From an uncultured Gemmatimonadales bacterium (GTDB lineage Bacteria; Gemmatimonadota; Gemmatimonadetes; Gemmatimonadales; GWC2-71-9): a stretch of DNA of 64,000 bases. Position numbers and translations under genes: made by a program. Under the pieces are notes generated by a model. The model ran no database searches. It was not told the DNA's origin and saw only the letters and a program-made list of their open reading frames with translations. The stretch spans positions 1,340,845-1,404,844 of the forward strand of contig CAVZZO010000001.1 of the NCBI GenBank assembly GCA_963779755.1, written 5' to 3'. Below, piece after piece: positions 14,253-24,466 of the stretch. Within the stretch, counting starts at the first letter, position 1, and every line of letters begins with the position of its first letter.

Positions 14253-16520
14253 ATGACCGGCCTCGTCATCAACCTGCTGGGCCCCCCCTCCGGGGTGCTT
14301 CCAGCCGCTGGCTCCAAGGCCTTGTCCAGCAAGGACATGGGCCTGCTGGCCTACCTCGTTCTCGAACCCGGTCCGCACCGGCGGGACGAGCTCGCCGCCC
14401 TGCTCTGGAGCGAGTCGGACGACGAGCACGCCCGGGCCTCCCTGCGCCAGGCCCTGAAGCGCCTGCGGGCCCAACTGGGCGAGACCTTGCTTGCCACCCG
14501 GAGCAGCGTTCAACTCGCCGGCGGCGTTGCCTGCGATGTCCTGGCCTTCCAGCGGGCGAGCTCTGCCGAACCGGAAACGGCCGCCCGGTATGACGTGAAC
14601 AGCTTCCTGAGCGGTCTGGTGGTGCGGCATGCGCCGGTCTTCGAGGAGTGGCTGGACACCACCCGCCTCCGCCTGCGCCGCCAGTACGAAGATCTGGTCA
14701 CCGGGCTGGCCCGCGCCGCCATGTTGCGCTGGCAGTGGCGTGAGGCCGGCGAGTGGGCCGGCTACGGCCTCGGCTCCAATCCCCTCTCCGAGGAGTGCGC
14801 CCGGATCGCCGTCGAAGCCCTCTACCTCTCCGGCAGCCGCCGGCGGGCGCTGGCGCTCCACGCCGAGTACGAAGCCCGCTGCATCCGCGAACTCGGAATG
14901 TCACCGGGGCCCGAGCTGCGGGCGCTGCGCGACCGCATCATGGCCGGGCCGGAGGACGGGCATCCCACGCCTATTTCGGCAGAGTGGTTTTCCCGCATGC
15001 CTGTCATCGACCCGCCGCTGGTGGGGCGGAGTGACGCCTGGGACCTGCTCATGAGTGTCTGGAAGTCTCTGCGGCGGGGGCAGGGGAGACTGGTTGTCAT
15101 TCAGGGCGATGCCGGCGTGGGAAAGAGCCGGCTGGCCGACGACTTCCTTCGCTGGGCGGCGGCGGAGGGCGCCACCGTGCTGCGGGGAGAGGGCTACGAC
15201 CCCCGGGCGGGGGTGCCGTACGGTCCGGTGGCTGCCGCCTTGCGGGCCAGCCTGGATGCGCCCGGCCTGGCGGGCACCGATCCGGAATGGCTGGCCGAAG
15301 TGGGGCGGCTCCTGCCGGAGCTGCGCCGCCGGTTTCCCGCGCTACCCACGCCTCCGGAGGGCGATGCCACCGCCCGCTGGCGGCTATTCGAGGGGCTGGC
15401 GCAGGTAGTGCTGGCCCTGGCCGAGGAGCGGCCGGTGGTCTTTCTGGTAGACGATCTCCAGTGGTGCGACAGCGAGAGTTGCGCGCTGCTGCACTTCCTC
15501 GCCCGCCGCTGGGCGGCCGCTCCGGTCGCGTTGGTTGCGTCCCTTACCCTGGGGGAGGCGGAAAGAGCGGCGCCGGCGGCCCGGCTCTCCCGCGCCCTGT
15601 GCAGCGAGGACCATGCCCGGGTCCTGACGCTGACGGCGCTCTCCGACACCGACGTCCGCCAGCTGATCCGCCAGTTGGGGAAGATCCACGACCCGCGGGG
15701 CGGTGCCCGCTTCGCCGCCCGGATTCATGCCGTCACCAAGGGAAATCCCTTCTATATCGTCGAGCTGCTCAAGACGCTGTTCGCCCAGGGGCTGCTCGCC
15801 ACGGATCCGGAAACGGGCGCCTGGATGGCCGGGCCGGAGGTGTCGCTGACGTCGGGACATTTTCCCCTGCCCCCATCGGTGCGCGAGGCCGTGGCCGCCC
15901 GGGTCGAGCGCCTGCCCTATCAGCTCCGCGATCTGCTCACCACCTCGGCGGTGGCGGCGGCACCGTGCCGGGCGGAGCTCATGTCACTGGTTCACGGCAT
16001 CTCGCGCCTGCACGCGGCGGCGCTTTGCGACGAGCTGGTGGAACGACACCTGCTGGTGGAGGAAGCCGGCGCGTATCGCTGCGCTCACCCGCTGATTGCG
16101 GACGTGGTCCGGGCGGAGGCGACCGCCAGCCGCCGGCGGGAAGTGCACCGCGCGATCGCGCTGGCGCTGATGCGCGAGGCAGCCGAAGGGCGCGATGAAA
16201 CGGGGCGGATAGCCTGGCATGCGGCGCGGGCGGGGGAGCACGCCCTGGCCTATCGCCATGCGCTGCTGGCCAGCGAGGAGTGCGCCAGCCGCTACGCTCC
16301 GGAGGAGGCGCTGATGTGGCTCGATATCGCCGCCACGGCCGCCGCGGACGACACCCAGCGGGAGGAGGTCAACCGCCGGACCGCGGGCGTGCTGGACCTG
16401 GCCGGCTGGCGCGAGCCGCCCCGGCGCTCGCTGCCGCGCGACAGTCTGGGCGCCGCCCTCCACGCCGAGGATATCGATTTCCGGGTGCTGATGAGCGAGG
16501 CACCGGGCCAGCCGGGCTAG
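14253..16520 (+). CDS. SARP/AfsR-like regulator: OmpR-type winged helix plus BTAD domain, AAA/NB-ARC-like ATPase and a C-terminal helical repeat region
   Basis: ATG at 14253 (MTGLVINLLGPP..); a TTG at 14223 is also possible. wHTH pattern DMGLLAYLVLEPGPHRRDELAALLWSE..ARASLRQALKRLRAQLG. BTAD region ..ALALHAEYEARCIRELGMSPGPELRALRDRI... Walker A GDAGVGKSRLADDF, Walker B VVFLVDDLQWCD. Confidence 0.8.
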   Translation: MTGLVINLLGPPSGVLPAAGSKALSSKDMGLLAYLVLEPGPHRRDELAALLWSESDDEHARASLRQALKRLRAQLGETLLATRSSVQLAGGVACDVLAFQRASSAEPETAARYDVNSFLSGLVVRHAPVFEEWLDTTRLRLRRQYEDLVTGLARAAMLRWQWREAGEWAGYGLGSNPLSEECARIAVEALYLSGSRRRALALHAEYEARCIRELGMSPGPELRALRDRIMAGPEDGHPTPISAEWFSRMPVIDPPLVGRSDAWDLLMSVWKSLRRGQGRLVVIQGDAGVGKSRLADDFLRWAAAEGATVLRGEGYDPRAGVPYGPVAAALRASLDAPGLAGTDPEWLAEVGRLLPELRRRFPALPTPPEGDATARWRLFEGLAQVVLALAEERPVVFLVDDLQWCDSESCALLHFLARRWAAAPVALVASLTLGEAERAAPAARLSRALCSEDHARVLTLTALSDTDVRQLIRQLGKIHDPRGGARFAARIHAVTKGNPFYIVELLKTLFAQGLLATDPETGAWMAGPEVSLTSGHFPLPPSVREAVAARVERLPYQLRDLLTTSAVAAAPCRAELMSLVHGISRLHAAALCDELVERHLLVEEAGAYRCAHPLIADVVRAEATASRRREVHRAIALALMREAAEGRDETGRIAWHAARAGEHALAYRHALLASEECASRYAPEEALMWLDIAATAAADDTQREEVNRRTAGVLDLAGWREPPRRSLPRDSLGAALHAEDIDFRVLMSEAPGQPG

Positions 16521-17422
16521 GGCGTCTGCTGGGGGACGGAATCCAGGGCGGACTGCATGGCTTCGGCGCTGGGCCAGCGGTCTTCCGGCCGCTTGGCCAG
16601 TGATCGCGCGATGGCCCGGGCGAACGGCTCCGGAGTCTCGGCCCGGAAGACCCGGATATCGGCGGGGGTTTCGGTCTGGTGCAGTTGCAGCACCACCGCC
16701 TCGCTCCGGTGCTGGAAGGGCGGCCGGCCGGCCAGGCACTCGTACAGCACGCAGCCGACCGAGTAGAGGTCGGTGCGATGGTCCATGCCCTTGAGGGCGG
16801 CCGCCTGCTCGGGACTCATGTAGGACGAGGTGCCGACGGTAAACCCGCTCCGCGTCAGGCGCTCGGTCCCCGCCGCTTCGATGGCCCGGGCGATGCCGAA
16901 ATCGAGCAGCATGGCGCCCGCCGGCGTCAGCACGATGTTGTCGGGCTTGACGTCGCGGTGGATGATGCCGCGCGCATGGGCATAGCCCAGCGCGCTCAGC
17001 AGGTCCTGGCCGATCCGCAGGCTGTCGGACACGCTGGCCCAGCGGCTCTGGTCCAGATGCTGGCGCAGGGTGGGGCCCTCGGCGAAGTCCATGGCGTAGT
17101 ACACCAGCCAGTCGCGTTCGCCGTAGTCGGTGAGCTTGGTAATGAGCGGATGCTCGAGAGTCGAGAGCAGCCGGATCTCCCGCAGGAAGCGGTCGGCGGT
17201 GACGCTCACGACCAGTTCGGGGTGGAGGATCTTCAGGGCCAGCCGGCGGCCTTCACGATCGCGGGCGATAAAGACACGTCCCGCCCCGCCTCGGGCCAGT
17301 TCCCGTTCGATCTCGTAGCGGTCGCCCAGGGCTTCACGGACAAGTGGAAGCAGGTCGCGACGGATGGCAGCCTCCGGAATGCGGGGATTTTGAATAGTCG
17401 AAGGATTGGGGCCGCCGTGCAA
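16517..17422 (-). CDS. Ser/Thr protein kinase, catalytic domain only
   Basis: Hanks kinase motifs: GGAGRVFIARD..LALKIL, HRDVKPDNIVL, LLDFGIA, SYMSPEQ. It probably starts at TTG 17422, one nt after the ppx stop (17424-17426). Its 3' end overlaps the regulator by 4 nt (convergent). Confidence 0.85.
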   Translation of the reverse strand: MHGGPNPSTIQNPRIPEAAIRRDLLPLVREALGDRYEIERELARGGAGRVFIARDREGRRLALKILHPELVVSVTADRFLREIRLLSTLEHPLITKLTDYGERDWLVYYAMDFAEGPTLRQHLDQSRWASVSDSLRIGQDLLSALGYAHARGIIHRDVKPDNIVLTPAGAMLLDFGIARAIEAAGTERLTRSGFTVGTSSYMSPEQAAALKGMDHRTDLYSVGCVLYECLAGRPPFQHRSEAVVLQLHQTETPADIRVFRAETPEPFARAIARSLAKRPEDRWPSAEAMQSALDSVPQQTP

Positions 17423-17423
17423 G

Positions 17424-18986
17424 TCAGAGGCCGGCTGGGCGGATCTGGACCGGCCGGCCGGCCGCCTTTTCCAGCACGTCGGATTTCTGGGCGGCGCTCC
17501 AGCATTCGAGGGCGATATCGGCGCCGATCCGGGCGGGCGCGGCGGTGATGGTCAGGCTGCCGGGGTTGAGCAGGACCTGGAGATGCTCCACCGCGCCGGT
17601 ATGGCCCCGGTCGAGGCCGTCGGCCACGCGGAGCAGGCCCGAGAGCCGCCGGACGATGGCCTGATCGCCCGCCGAGAGGCCGCCGAACGGCTGGTGCTTG
17701 CGCCGGGGGCCGCGGCGGCGGTGGTAGCGACTGATTAGTGCCACCAGCTGGCGCTCGCGCGGGGGCAGGTTGAGCCGGTCGGCGTGCAGGATGAGCTGAT
17801 AGCTGTGCTTGTGGTGTTTGCGGTAGCTCACCATCTGCCCCACATCATGCAGCAGGGCCGCCGCCTCCAGCAGAAAGCGCTCCTCGGCCGCGGCTCCGGT
17901 GACCTCCTGCAGCGGCTCGAACAGCTGCAGCGCCAGTTCCCGCACATGCTCCACATGCCGGCGGTCGCCGTGGCAGCGCTCCACGAATTCGCGGATCAGC
18001 CGGAGCGGGTCGGCGGCGACCGTGGCGGGCCGCTCGCCCACGGCTTCCAGCAGCAGCCCTTCGCGCAGCCCGTAGGCGCTGACCAGGACGTCGGGGGCCT
18101 CCACCCAGTCGAGAATGGACGCGGCGACCGCGATGCCGGCCACGATGATATCGGCCCGCTGCGGATTGAGACCGGGAACGCGCAGCCGGTGTTCCGGCTT
18201 CATCCGGGCCAGCCATTCCAGCAGTGCTTCGATCTCCGCCGCCTTGATGGCCAGCCCGTGAACCGGCTGGGCGGGGTCCAGGCCGCGGCGCGCCGCCACC
18301 ATCCGGCCCAGATTGGTGAACGTCCCGCCGCTGCCGATCACCCGCGCGCCGGTCCACTCCCGGCCGGGGAAGGCCTTGCGCAACTGGCGCCGGATGTAGC
18401 GGCGCAACTCGACCACTTCCTTCAGGGCCGGCCGCTTGCCGGGGAGCAGCGTCTCCGTGGTGCGCACCGCGCCGAAGGGCAGTGACCGGCTGTACTCCAC
18501 CAGCCCGCTGACCGCGCCCACCAGCTCGAGGCTCCCACCCCCGATGTCGGCGACGATGGTCCGGCCGCCCTCCAGCTGGAAATGGTGCATGACGGAGCGG
18601 AAGGAGAGGGCGGCTTCCGTTTCGCCGTCGATGATGCGAAGGGGGATATCCAGCTCCTCCCGGATGAGCTGGATGAAGGCCTCGCCGTTCCCGGCCTCGC
18701 GCACCGCCGAGGTCGCGACGGCATTGATCCGGGTCACGCCGCGCCGCTGGCAGACCTCGCGCATCCGCCGCAGCGTCTGGTAGGCCCGCTCCACCGACTC
18801 GTCGTCCAGCCGGCCGCTCGCGGCCAGCCGGGCCGCCAGCCGGGGCTGTTCCTTCACCTCGTCGATGATCGTGAGCCCGGCCCCGGGGGCGTATTCGGCG
18901 ATGACCAGGCGAATCGAGTTGGAGCCGACGTCGATGGCGGCGAGCCGCTCCCCCGGCGCCGCGCCGTTGGGGACGGGCGCCGTCAT
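17424..18986 (-). CDS. ppx: Ppx/GppA family exopolyphosphatase with C-terminal HD domain
   Basis: N-terminal AAIDVGSNSIRLVIAE, DIGGGSLEL, and the HD region LLHDVGQMVSYRKHHKHSYQLI. The ATG overlaps the phoU stop (ATGA at 18983-18986). Confidence 0.85.
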   Translation of the reverse strand: MTAPVPNGAAPGERLAAIDVGSNSIRLVIAEYAPGAGLTIIDEVKEQPRLAARLAASGRLDDESVERAYQTLRRMREVCQRRGVTRINAVATSAVREAGNGEAFIQLIREELDIPLRIIDGETEAALSFRSVMHHFQLEGGRTIVADIGGGSLELVGAVSGLVEYSRSLPFGAVRTTETLLPGKRPALKEVVELRRYIRRQLRKAFPGREWTGARVIGSGGTFTNLGRMVAARRGLDPAQPVHGLAIKAAEIEALLEWLARMKPEHRLRVPGLNPQRADIIVAGIAVAASILDWVEAPDVLVSAYGLREGLLLEAVGERPATVAADPLRLIREFVERCHGDRRHVEHVRELALQLFEPLQEVTGAAAEERFLLEAAALLHDVGQMVSYRKHHKHSYQLILHADRLNLPPRERQLVALISRYHRRRGPRRKHQPFGGLSAGDQAIVRRLSGLLRVADGLDRGHTGAVEHLQVLLNPGSLTITAAPARIGADIALECWSAAQKSDVLEKAAGRPVQIRPAGL

Positions 18987-19699
18987 GGAGCTGCCGGATG
19001 CGTCTCCTGGTCGTTGCGTGGCTCGCCTCCGCTCTCCGCATGGTGCTTGATGGACTTGCCTTCCACCAGGAAGACTACGTCCTCGGCGATGTTGGTCGCC
19101 AGGTCGGCCACCCGCTCCAGGTTGCGGCTCACCAGGAACAGCTCCATGCCGGCCCCGATCATGTGCGGGTCTTCCATCATGTGGGTGAGCAGGATCCGGA
19201 ACACTGAGCGATGCAGCGCGTCGACCTTGTCGTCCCGGCGGCAGAGCGCCCGGGCCGCGGCCGCGTCGCCGCGGATGAAGGCCTCGAGCGAGTCGGACAG
19301 CATCTCGCGGGCGAGCCGGGCCATTTCGACGATTTCCGGCTCCGGGGCGATGGGCCGCACCTCGCTCAGCCGGGAGGCCGACTGGGCAATGTTCACCGCG
19401 TGGTCGCCCACCCGCTCCAGGTCGTTGGCAATCTTGAGCGCGGACGTCAGCATGCGCAGGTCGCGGGCCATGGGCTGCTGCAGGGCCAGCAGGTTGATGG
19501 CCTGCTCCTCGATCTCCACTTCCATGTTGTCCACCACCCGGTCGCCCTGGATGACGTCTTTGGCCTTAGCCGGGTTGCGCTCCAGCAGCGCCTCGACCGC
19601 CAGGCCGAGCGCGGCTTCCGCCTCGCCCGACATGGTGAGGAGGCGCACCTTGACGTGATTCAACTCGTCATGAAAGTGCCGGTGGGCATCTGTGCTCAT
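18983..19699 (-). CDS. phoU: phosphate signalling complex protein PhoU
   Basis: Two PhoU repeats with ..[15 protein letters not shown].. and ..[15 protein letters not shown].. / ..[20 protein letters not shown]... ATGA overlap with pstB. Confidence 0.9.
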   Translation of the reverse strand: MSTDAHRHFHDELNHVKVRLLTMSGEAEAALGLAVEALLERNPAKAKDVIQGDRVVDNMEVEIEEQAINLLALQQPMARDLRMLTSALKIANDLERVGDHAVNIAQSASRLSEVRPIAPEPEIVEMARLAREMLSDSLEAFIRGDAAAARALCRRDDKVDALHRSVFRILLTHMMEDPHMIGAGMELFLVSRNLERVADLATNIAEDVVFLVEGKSIKHHAESGGEPRNDQETHPAAP

Positions 19700-20544
19700 C
19701 CGAACCTCCCCGTAATGTACGCCTCGGTCTGTTCCTGCGACGGCGCGGTAAACATCTGCTCCGTCTCCCCGAATTCGATCAGCCTGCCCAGGTGGAAGAA
19801 CGCGGTGTGATCCGAGACCCGCGCCGCCTGCTGCAGGTTGTGGGTCACGATCACGATGGTGTAGTCCCGCTTCAGCTGTACGATCAGTTCTTCCACCCGC
19901 TGGGTGCTGACCGGGTCCAGCGCCGAGCAGGGCTCGTCCATGAGCAGCACCATCGGCTCATTGGCCAGCGCCCGGGCGATGCAGAGCCGCTGCTGCTGCC
20001 CGCCGGAGAGGCTGGTCCCCGGCTCGTTGAGCCGGTCCTTGACCTCGTCCCACAGGGCGGCGCGGCGCAGGCACCGCTCCACCAGATCGGGCAGGTCGCG
20101 GCGGCTCACCAGCGCATTGAGCGCCGGCCCGTATGCCACGTTGTCGAACACCGACTTGGGAAACGGATTGGGCCGCTGGAAGACCATCCCCACCCGCAGG
20201 CGCAGCGTGCCCAGGTCGGTGCCGGGGGCAAAGACCGACCGGTCGTCCAGCAGGATGTCGCCCTCGTGGCGGATGCCGGCAATCAGGTCGTTCATCCGGT
20301 TGATGGACCGGAGGAAGGTGGACTTGCCGCACCCCGAAGGGCCGATGATCGCCGTGACCTCCCGCGGCGCGATGTCCAGCGTGATCCCGTGCAGGGCCTG
20401 GCGCGCGCCGTACCAGAAGCGGAAATCGCGGGCCGCCACGGCGGGCGCCCCGGCCGCAGCGGCCGCGCCGTCCGGGCGGGGCCGGGGCGTCAGGGTGGGG
20501 CGGTTCATCGGAGGCATGGGCCTGGCCAGCTTCACGGGGGTCAT
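19696..20544 (-). CDS. pstB: phosphate ABC transporter ATP-binding protein PstB (copy 2)
   Basis: Walker [21 protein letters not shown], signature [16 protein letters not shown], Walker [14 protein letters not shown]-terminal ..EAYITGRFG. The ATG at 20544 overlaps the upstream stop (ATGA). Confidence 0.9.
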   Translation of the reverse strand: MTPVKLARPMPPMNRPTLTPRPRPDGAAAAAGAPAVAARDFRFWYGARQALHGITLDIAPREVTAIIGPSGCGKSTFLRSINRMNDLIAGIRHEGDILLDDRSVFAPGTDLGTLRLRVGMVFQRPNPFPKSVFDNVAYGPALNALVSRRDLPDLVERCLRRAALWDEVKDRLNEPGTSLSGGQQQRLCIARALANEPMVLLMDEPCSALDPVSTQRVEELIVQLKRDYTIVIVTHNLQQAARVSDHTAFFHLGRLIEFGETEQMFTAPSQEQTEAYITGRFG

Positions 20545-21311
20545 CCGAACCTTCCGGTAATATAGGCCTCGGTCTGATCGTTGACCGGGGCGGTGAACAT
20601 CTGTCCGGTGGGGCCGTGCTCCACCATGGTGCCGAGGTAGAAGAACGTCGTCGTGTCCGAGACCCGCGCGGCCTGTTGCATGTTGTGGGTGACGATCACG
20701 ATGGTGTACTCCCGCTTGAGCTCGAACAGCAGTTCCTCGATCCGGGCGGTGCCCCCCGGATCCAGCGACGCGGTCGGCTCGTCCAGCAGCAGCACCTCCG
20801 GCTGCGGCGCCAGGCTGCGGGCCACGCAAAGCCGCTGCTGCTGCCCGCCGGAGAGCCCCAGGGCGCTGGTCTTGAGCCGGTCCTTGACCTCCTCCCAGAG
20901 GGCCGCCTGGCGCAGGGCCCGCTCCACCACGTGGTCGAGTTCCTGGCGGCTCATCCGGCCGTTGATTCGCATGCCGGCCGCCACGTTGCCGTAGATGGAC
21001 ATCGTGGGAAACGGCGTAGGCCGTTGGAAGACCATGCCGATCCGGCGCCGCAGGATCATGGGGCTCACCCGGGGCGCGTAGACGTCCTCGCCGTCCAGCA
21101 GCACCCGGCCGGTGACCCAGGCGCCCTCGGTCATCTCGTGCATCCGGTTGAGCGCCCGCAGGAAGGTGGATTTCCCGCAGCCCGACGGGCCGATCAGGGC
21201 GTTGACCGTGTTGGCCTGGAACGCCACCGTGACGCTTTTCACCGCGGTGAATTTCCCGTACATCGCCGTCAGCCGGTCGGTGGCCAGCCGGGGAACCTCA
21301 GCGGGAGCCAT
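20541..21311 (-). CDS. pstB: phosphate ABC transporter ATP-binding protein PstB (copy 1)
   Basis: [48 protein letters not shown], ..EAYITGRFG. The start is either ATG 21311 (MAPAEV) or 21329. Confidence 0.9.
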   Translation of the reverse strand: MAPAEVPRLATDRLTAMYGKFTAVKSVTVAFQANTVNALIGPSGCGKSTFLRALNRMHEMTEGAWVTGRVLLDGEDVYAPRVSPMILRRRIGMVFQRPTPFPTMSIYGNVAAGMRINGRMSRQELDHVVERALRQAALWEEVKDRLKTSALGLSGGQQQRLCVARSLAPQPEVLLLDEPTASLDPGGTARIEELLFELKREYTIVIVTHNMQQAARVSDTTTFFYLGTMVEHGPTGQMFTAPVNDQTEAYITGRFG

Positions 21312-22140
21312 GGGGTCGCCGGGTCGCAATGCGCGCAGAAAGGCTCAGCACCAGGACCAGCAGGATGAGTACCAGGGCCGCCGCCCAGGCCATCCGGTGC
21401 CAGTACTCGAACGGGCCGGTGGCATAGGTGAAGACCACCAGCGGCAGCGCCGCCATCGGCCGGGTGGGGTCGAGACTGAAGTACTGGCTGCCCAGCGCGG
21501 TGAACAGCAGGGGCGCCGTTTCGCCCGCAATCCGCGCCGTCGCCAGCAGGGTGCCGGTGACGATGCCGGGCAGGGTCGAGCGCACCACGATGCTCAGACT
21601 GGTGCGCCAGCGGGGATAGCCGAGCGCCAGCGCCGCCTCCCGCAGGGAATTGGGCACCAGCTTGATCATCTCCTCGGTGGTGCGGAGCACCATGGGGATG
21701 AGCAGCAGGGCCAGCGCGGCACTGCCGGCCAGCGCCGAAAAGTGTTTCTGCCGGGCGACGATCCAGGTCCAGGCGAACACCCCGACTACAATGGAGGGGG
21801 TGCCGTTCAGGACGTCGGAGATGAAACGCGTGGCCCAGGCCAGGCGGGTCCCCGGGTACTCGGCGCAGTAGATCCCCGCGCCGATGCCGACCGGCACGCC
21901 GATGACGCAGGCCAGCCCCACGATGATGAGCGTGCCTGCGATCGCGTTGGCCACCCCGCCGCCCGATTCCCCCGCCGGCGCCGGGTTGTGCAGGAAGAAG
22001 GCCAGGTTGAGGCTGCTGGCCCCCTTGATGATCAGGTTGACCAGAATGAAGAAGAGCGGCGCCAGCGCCAGCACCACCGCGGCCACCATGAGGCCCACCA
22101 TGAGATGCCCTCGCACCCGCCGCCAGGTGCGCCGGTTCAC
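21298..22140 (-). CDS. pstA: phosphate ABC transporter permease PstA
   Basis: GTG at 22140 overlaps the pstC stop (GTGA). Polytopic, with the EAA-loop-like region ..[31 protein letters not shown]... Confidence 0.9.
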   Translation of the reverse strand: MNRRTWRRVRGHLMVGLMVAAVVLALAPLFFILVNLIIKGASSLNLAFFLHNPAPAGESGGGVANAIAGTLIIVGLACVIGVPVGIGAGIYCAEYPGTRLAWATRFISDVLNGTPSIVVGVFAWTWIVARQKHFSALAGSAALALLLIPMVLRTTEEMIKLVPNSLREAALALGYPRWRTSLSIVVRSTLPGIVTGTLLATARIAGETAPLLFTALGSQYFSLDPTRPMAALPLVVFTYATGPFEYWHRMAWAAALVLILLVLVLSLSARIATRRPHGSR

Positions 22141-23114
22141 AGGGCCTGGCTCCCGGTCGGCGCCCCGCGCGAGACCTTCCAGATCAGCAGCCGGGCCGCG
22201 GCATTGACCACCACGGTGACCCCGAAGAGCACCAGCGCCACATAGGTGAGGGCCGCGAAGTGCATCGGCGTCGCCGCCTCGCTGAATTCGTTGGCGATGG
22301 CGGCGGCCATGGTGTACCCCGGCGCGAAGAGCGAGGCGGTGATGTCGTGCCGGTTGCCGATCACCATGGTGACGGCCATGGTCTCGCCCAGCGCCCGGCC
22401 CAGGCCCAGGATCACCGCGCCGATGATGCCCGAGCGGGCGTAGGGAACCACGGCGCCGATCACCGCCTCCCAGCGGGTCGCGCCCAGCGCCAGCGCCGCT
22501 TCGCGCTGGGTGTTGGGCACCGCCCGCAGCACCTCCCGCGAGACCGCCATGATGAACGGCATGATCATGATCGCCAGGATGATCGCCGCCGCCAGCATCG
22601 AGGGGCCGTAGATGGGGCCGGAGAAGAAGGGCAGCCAGCCGAAGAGGCCGCGGAGCGCCGGGAAGAGCGTTTTCCGCATTACCGGAATCAGCACGAAGAT
22701 GCCCCACAGCCCGTAGACCACGCTCGGGATAGCCGCCAGCAGCTCGATCAGGAACGAGACCACGTTCGCCACCTTCCGGGGGGCGAACTCGGTCAGGTAG
22801 ATGGCGACGCCCAGCGAGAGCGGCACCGCGATCAGCAGGGCGAGGAACGACGACAGCAGCGTCCCGAAGATGAGCGGCAGGGCGCCGAACTGCCCGGCGA
22901 CCGGGTCCCAGGTGCTGGTAAAGAGGAAGTTGAAACCGAACTGCCCGATCGCGGGCCGGGAGCCCACGACCAGTTCGTAGAGCAGGAATCCCAGCAGCGT
23001 CGGGATGGTCACCGCCGCCAGGATCAACAGGCCCTTGAAGAGACGGTCGCCGTAATTGGCGCTCTCCAGCGAGCGCTCTGTTGCCTCGGCGGTCGGGACC
23101 ATGGTCGTCGCCAT
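22137..23114 (-). CDS. pstC: phosphate ABC transporter permease PstC
   Basis: Polytopic, with ..[46 protein letters not shown]... The start is ATG 23114 (MATTMV) or GTG 23156. Confidence 0.9.
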   Translation of the reverse strand: MATTMVPTAEATERSLESANYGDRLFKGLLILAAVTIPTLLGFLLYELVVGSRPAIGQFGFNFLFTSTWDPVAGQFGALPLIFGTLLSSFLALLIAVPLSLGVAIYLTEFAPRKVANVVSFLIELLAAIPSVVYGLWGIFVLIPVMRKTLFPALRGLFGWLPFFSGPIYGPSMLAAAIILAIMIMPFIMAVSREVLRAVPNTQREAALALGATRWEAVIGAVVPYARSGIIGAVILGLGRALGETMAVTMVIGNRHDITASLFAPGYTMAAAIANEFSEAATPMHFAALTYVALVLFGVTVVVNAAARLLIWKVSRGAPTGSQAL

Positions 23115-23205
23115 TAGGAGGCGGAGTCTAGCCGGGGGCCGCCGCCGGCCTGTCACGCCAATGTAACGGACGTGTCACGAGAGGGAGATGTGGTCAAAGC
23201 CCGTT

Positions 23206-23256
23206 CTCGACCCCCTCGACCCCACGAAACCGGTTGAGGGGGTCGAGAGGGTCGAG
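23206..23256. repeat. hairpin of CTCGACCC / GGGTCGAG octamer units in the pstS-pstC spacer
   Basis: ctcgaccccctcgacccc - loop - gagggggtcgagagggtcgag, read directly. The same unit occurs at 26816-26864. Confidence 0.8.
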
Positions 23257-23303
23257 GTCCGATGCGGAGCATGTGAAGCGCACCACCCGACCCCCTTGAC
23301 CTC

Positions 23304-24374
23304 CTACCGATACAGCGAATCCACCCGTCCCCTGATCAACTCCACCACCCGATCCGGCAGCGGCGCGTAGTGCAGATCCGCCGCCATCTGCTGCGCCTCC
23401 GGGGTGACCATCCACTTCAGGAAGTCTTTGAGTGTCCTGGCCTTGGCTGGATCGTCCATCTGAGGCCGGACCAGAAGCCAGGTGAAGGAGGAGATCGGGT
23501 AGGCCTGGGGGCCGGGGGCGTCGGTGATGCTCACCCGGAAATCGGTATTGGGCGGGAACGCCGCGCTGGCCGCCGCATTGCTGACCGTTTCCAGGCTGGG
23601 CGTGATGTAGTTCCCGGCGCTGTTCTTGAGGTCGGCGTACGGCAGGTTGTTGGAGATGGCGTAGATCAGCTCGACATAGCCGATGGACCCTTCGGTCTGC
23701 TTCACCTGCTGGGTGACGCCCTCGTTGCCCTTGCCGCCCAGGCCCACCGGCCAGTTGACGGAGGTGGCGTTGCCCACCTGGCTCTTCCAGTCGGTCGACA
23801 CCTTGCTCAGGTAGTCGGTAAAAATGTAGCTCGTGCCCGATCCGTCGGAGCGGTGGACCACGATGAGATCCTTGTCCGGCAGGGTGACGCCCGGGTTGAG
23901 GGCCGCGATCCGCCGGTCGTTCCACTTGGTGATCTTGCCCAGGTAGATGCCGGCGATGGTGACGCCATCCAGCTTGAGCTTCGTCTGGCCCAGCGCGGGA
24001 ACGTTCCAGGTCATGACCACTGCGCCCAGGACCGTCGGAAGGTGCAGGACCCGGCCGTTGACCGCGGCGATCTGCTCATCGGTCATGGGGCCGTCGGAGG
24101 CGCCGAAATCCACCGTACCATCGGTATACTGGCGGATGCCGGCCCCGGAGCCGACCGACTGGTAGTTGATCTCGGCGCCGGTCTTCTGGTGGTAGGCGTC
24201 GAACCACTTCTGGTAGATGGGGTTGGGGAAGCTGGCCCCCGCGCCGGTGAGGGAGATGCCGGTGTTGACGGGGGCCTGGGCCGCGGTATCCCCCGGCGCC
24301 GCCTTTTCCTTGCCGCCGCAGGCCGCAACGGCCGCCAGGAGCGCCAGGGGAGCGAGTCGCTTGACGAAGGGCAT
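23304..24374 (-). CDS. pstS: phosphate ABC transporter substrate-binding lipoprotein PstS (copy 2)
   Basis: ATG at 24374 gives MPFVKRLAPLALLAAVAACGG (lipobox). Also SLTGAGASFPNPIYQKWF, NYQSVGSGAGIRQ and GYVELIYA. Confidence 0.9.
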   Translation of the reverse strand: MPFVKRLAPLALLAAVAACGGKEKAAPGDTAAQAPVNTGISLTGAGASFPNPIYQKWFDAYHQKTGAEINYQSVGSGAGIRQYTDGTVDFGASDGPMTDEQIAAVNGRVLHLPTVLGAVVMTWNVPALGQTKLKLDGVTIAGIYLGKITKWNDRRIAALNPGVTLPDKDLIVVHRSDGSGTSYIFTDYLSKVSTDWKSQVGNATSVNWPVGLGGKGNEGVTQQVKQTEGSIGYVELIYAISNNLPYADLKNSAGNYITPSLETVSNAAASAAFPPNTDFRVSITDAPGPQAYPISSFTWLLVRPQMDDPAKARTLKDFLKWMVTPEAQQMAADLHYAPLPDRVVELIRGRVDSLYR

Positions 24375-24404
24375 GATGGACTCCGGTAAGAGTGCATGTA
24401 AGAA

Positions 24405-24457
24405 AGGACAGCGGCCGGCACCCGCAAGGGCACCGGCCGCCCACCTTGAAGCTGTCC
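24405..24457 (-). terminator. long imperfect stem-loop between the two pstS genes, followed on the minus strand by TTTCTT (attenuator or terminator candidate)
   Basis: aggacagcggccggcaccc-gcaa-gggcaccggccgc...gctgtcct. 11 of the 13 inner pairs form, plus an outer GGACAGC/GCTGTCC stem, by hand folding. Confidence 0.4.
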
Positions 24458-24466
24458 TGCGACGAC

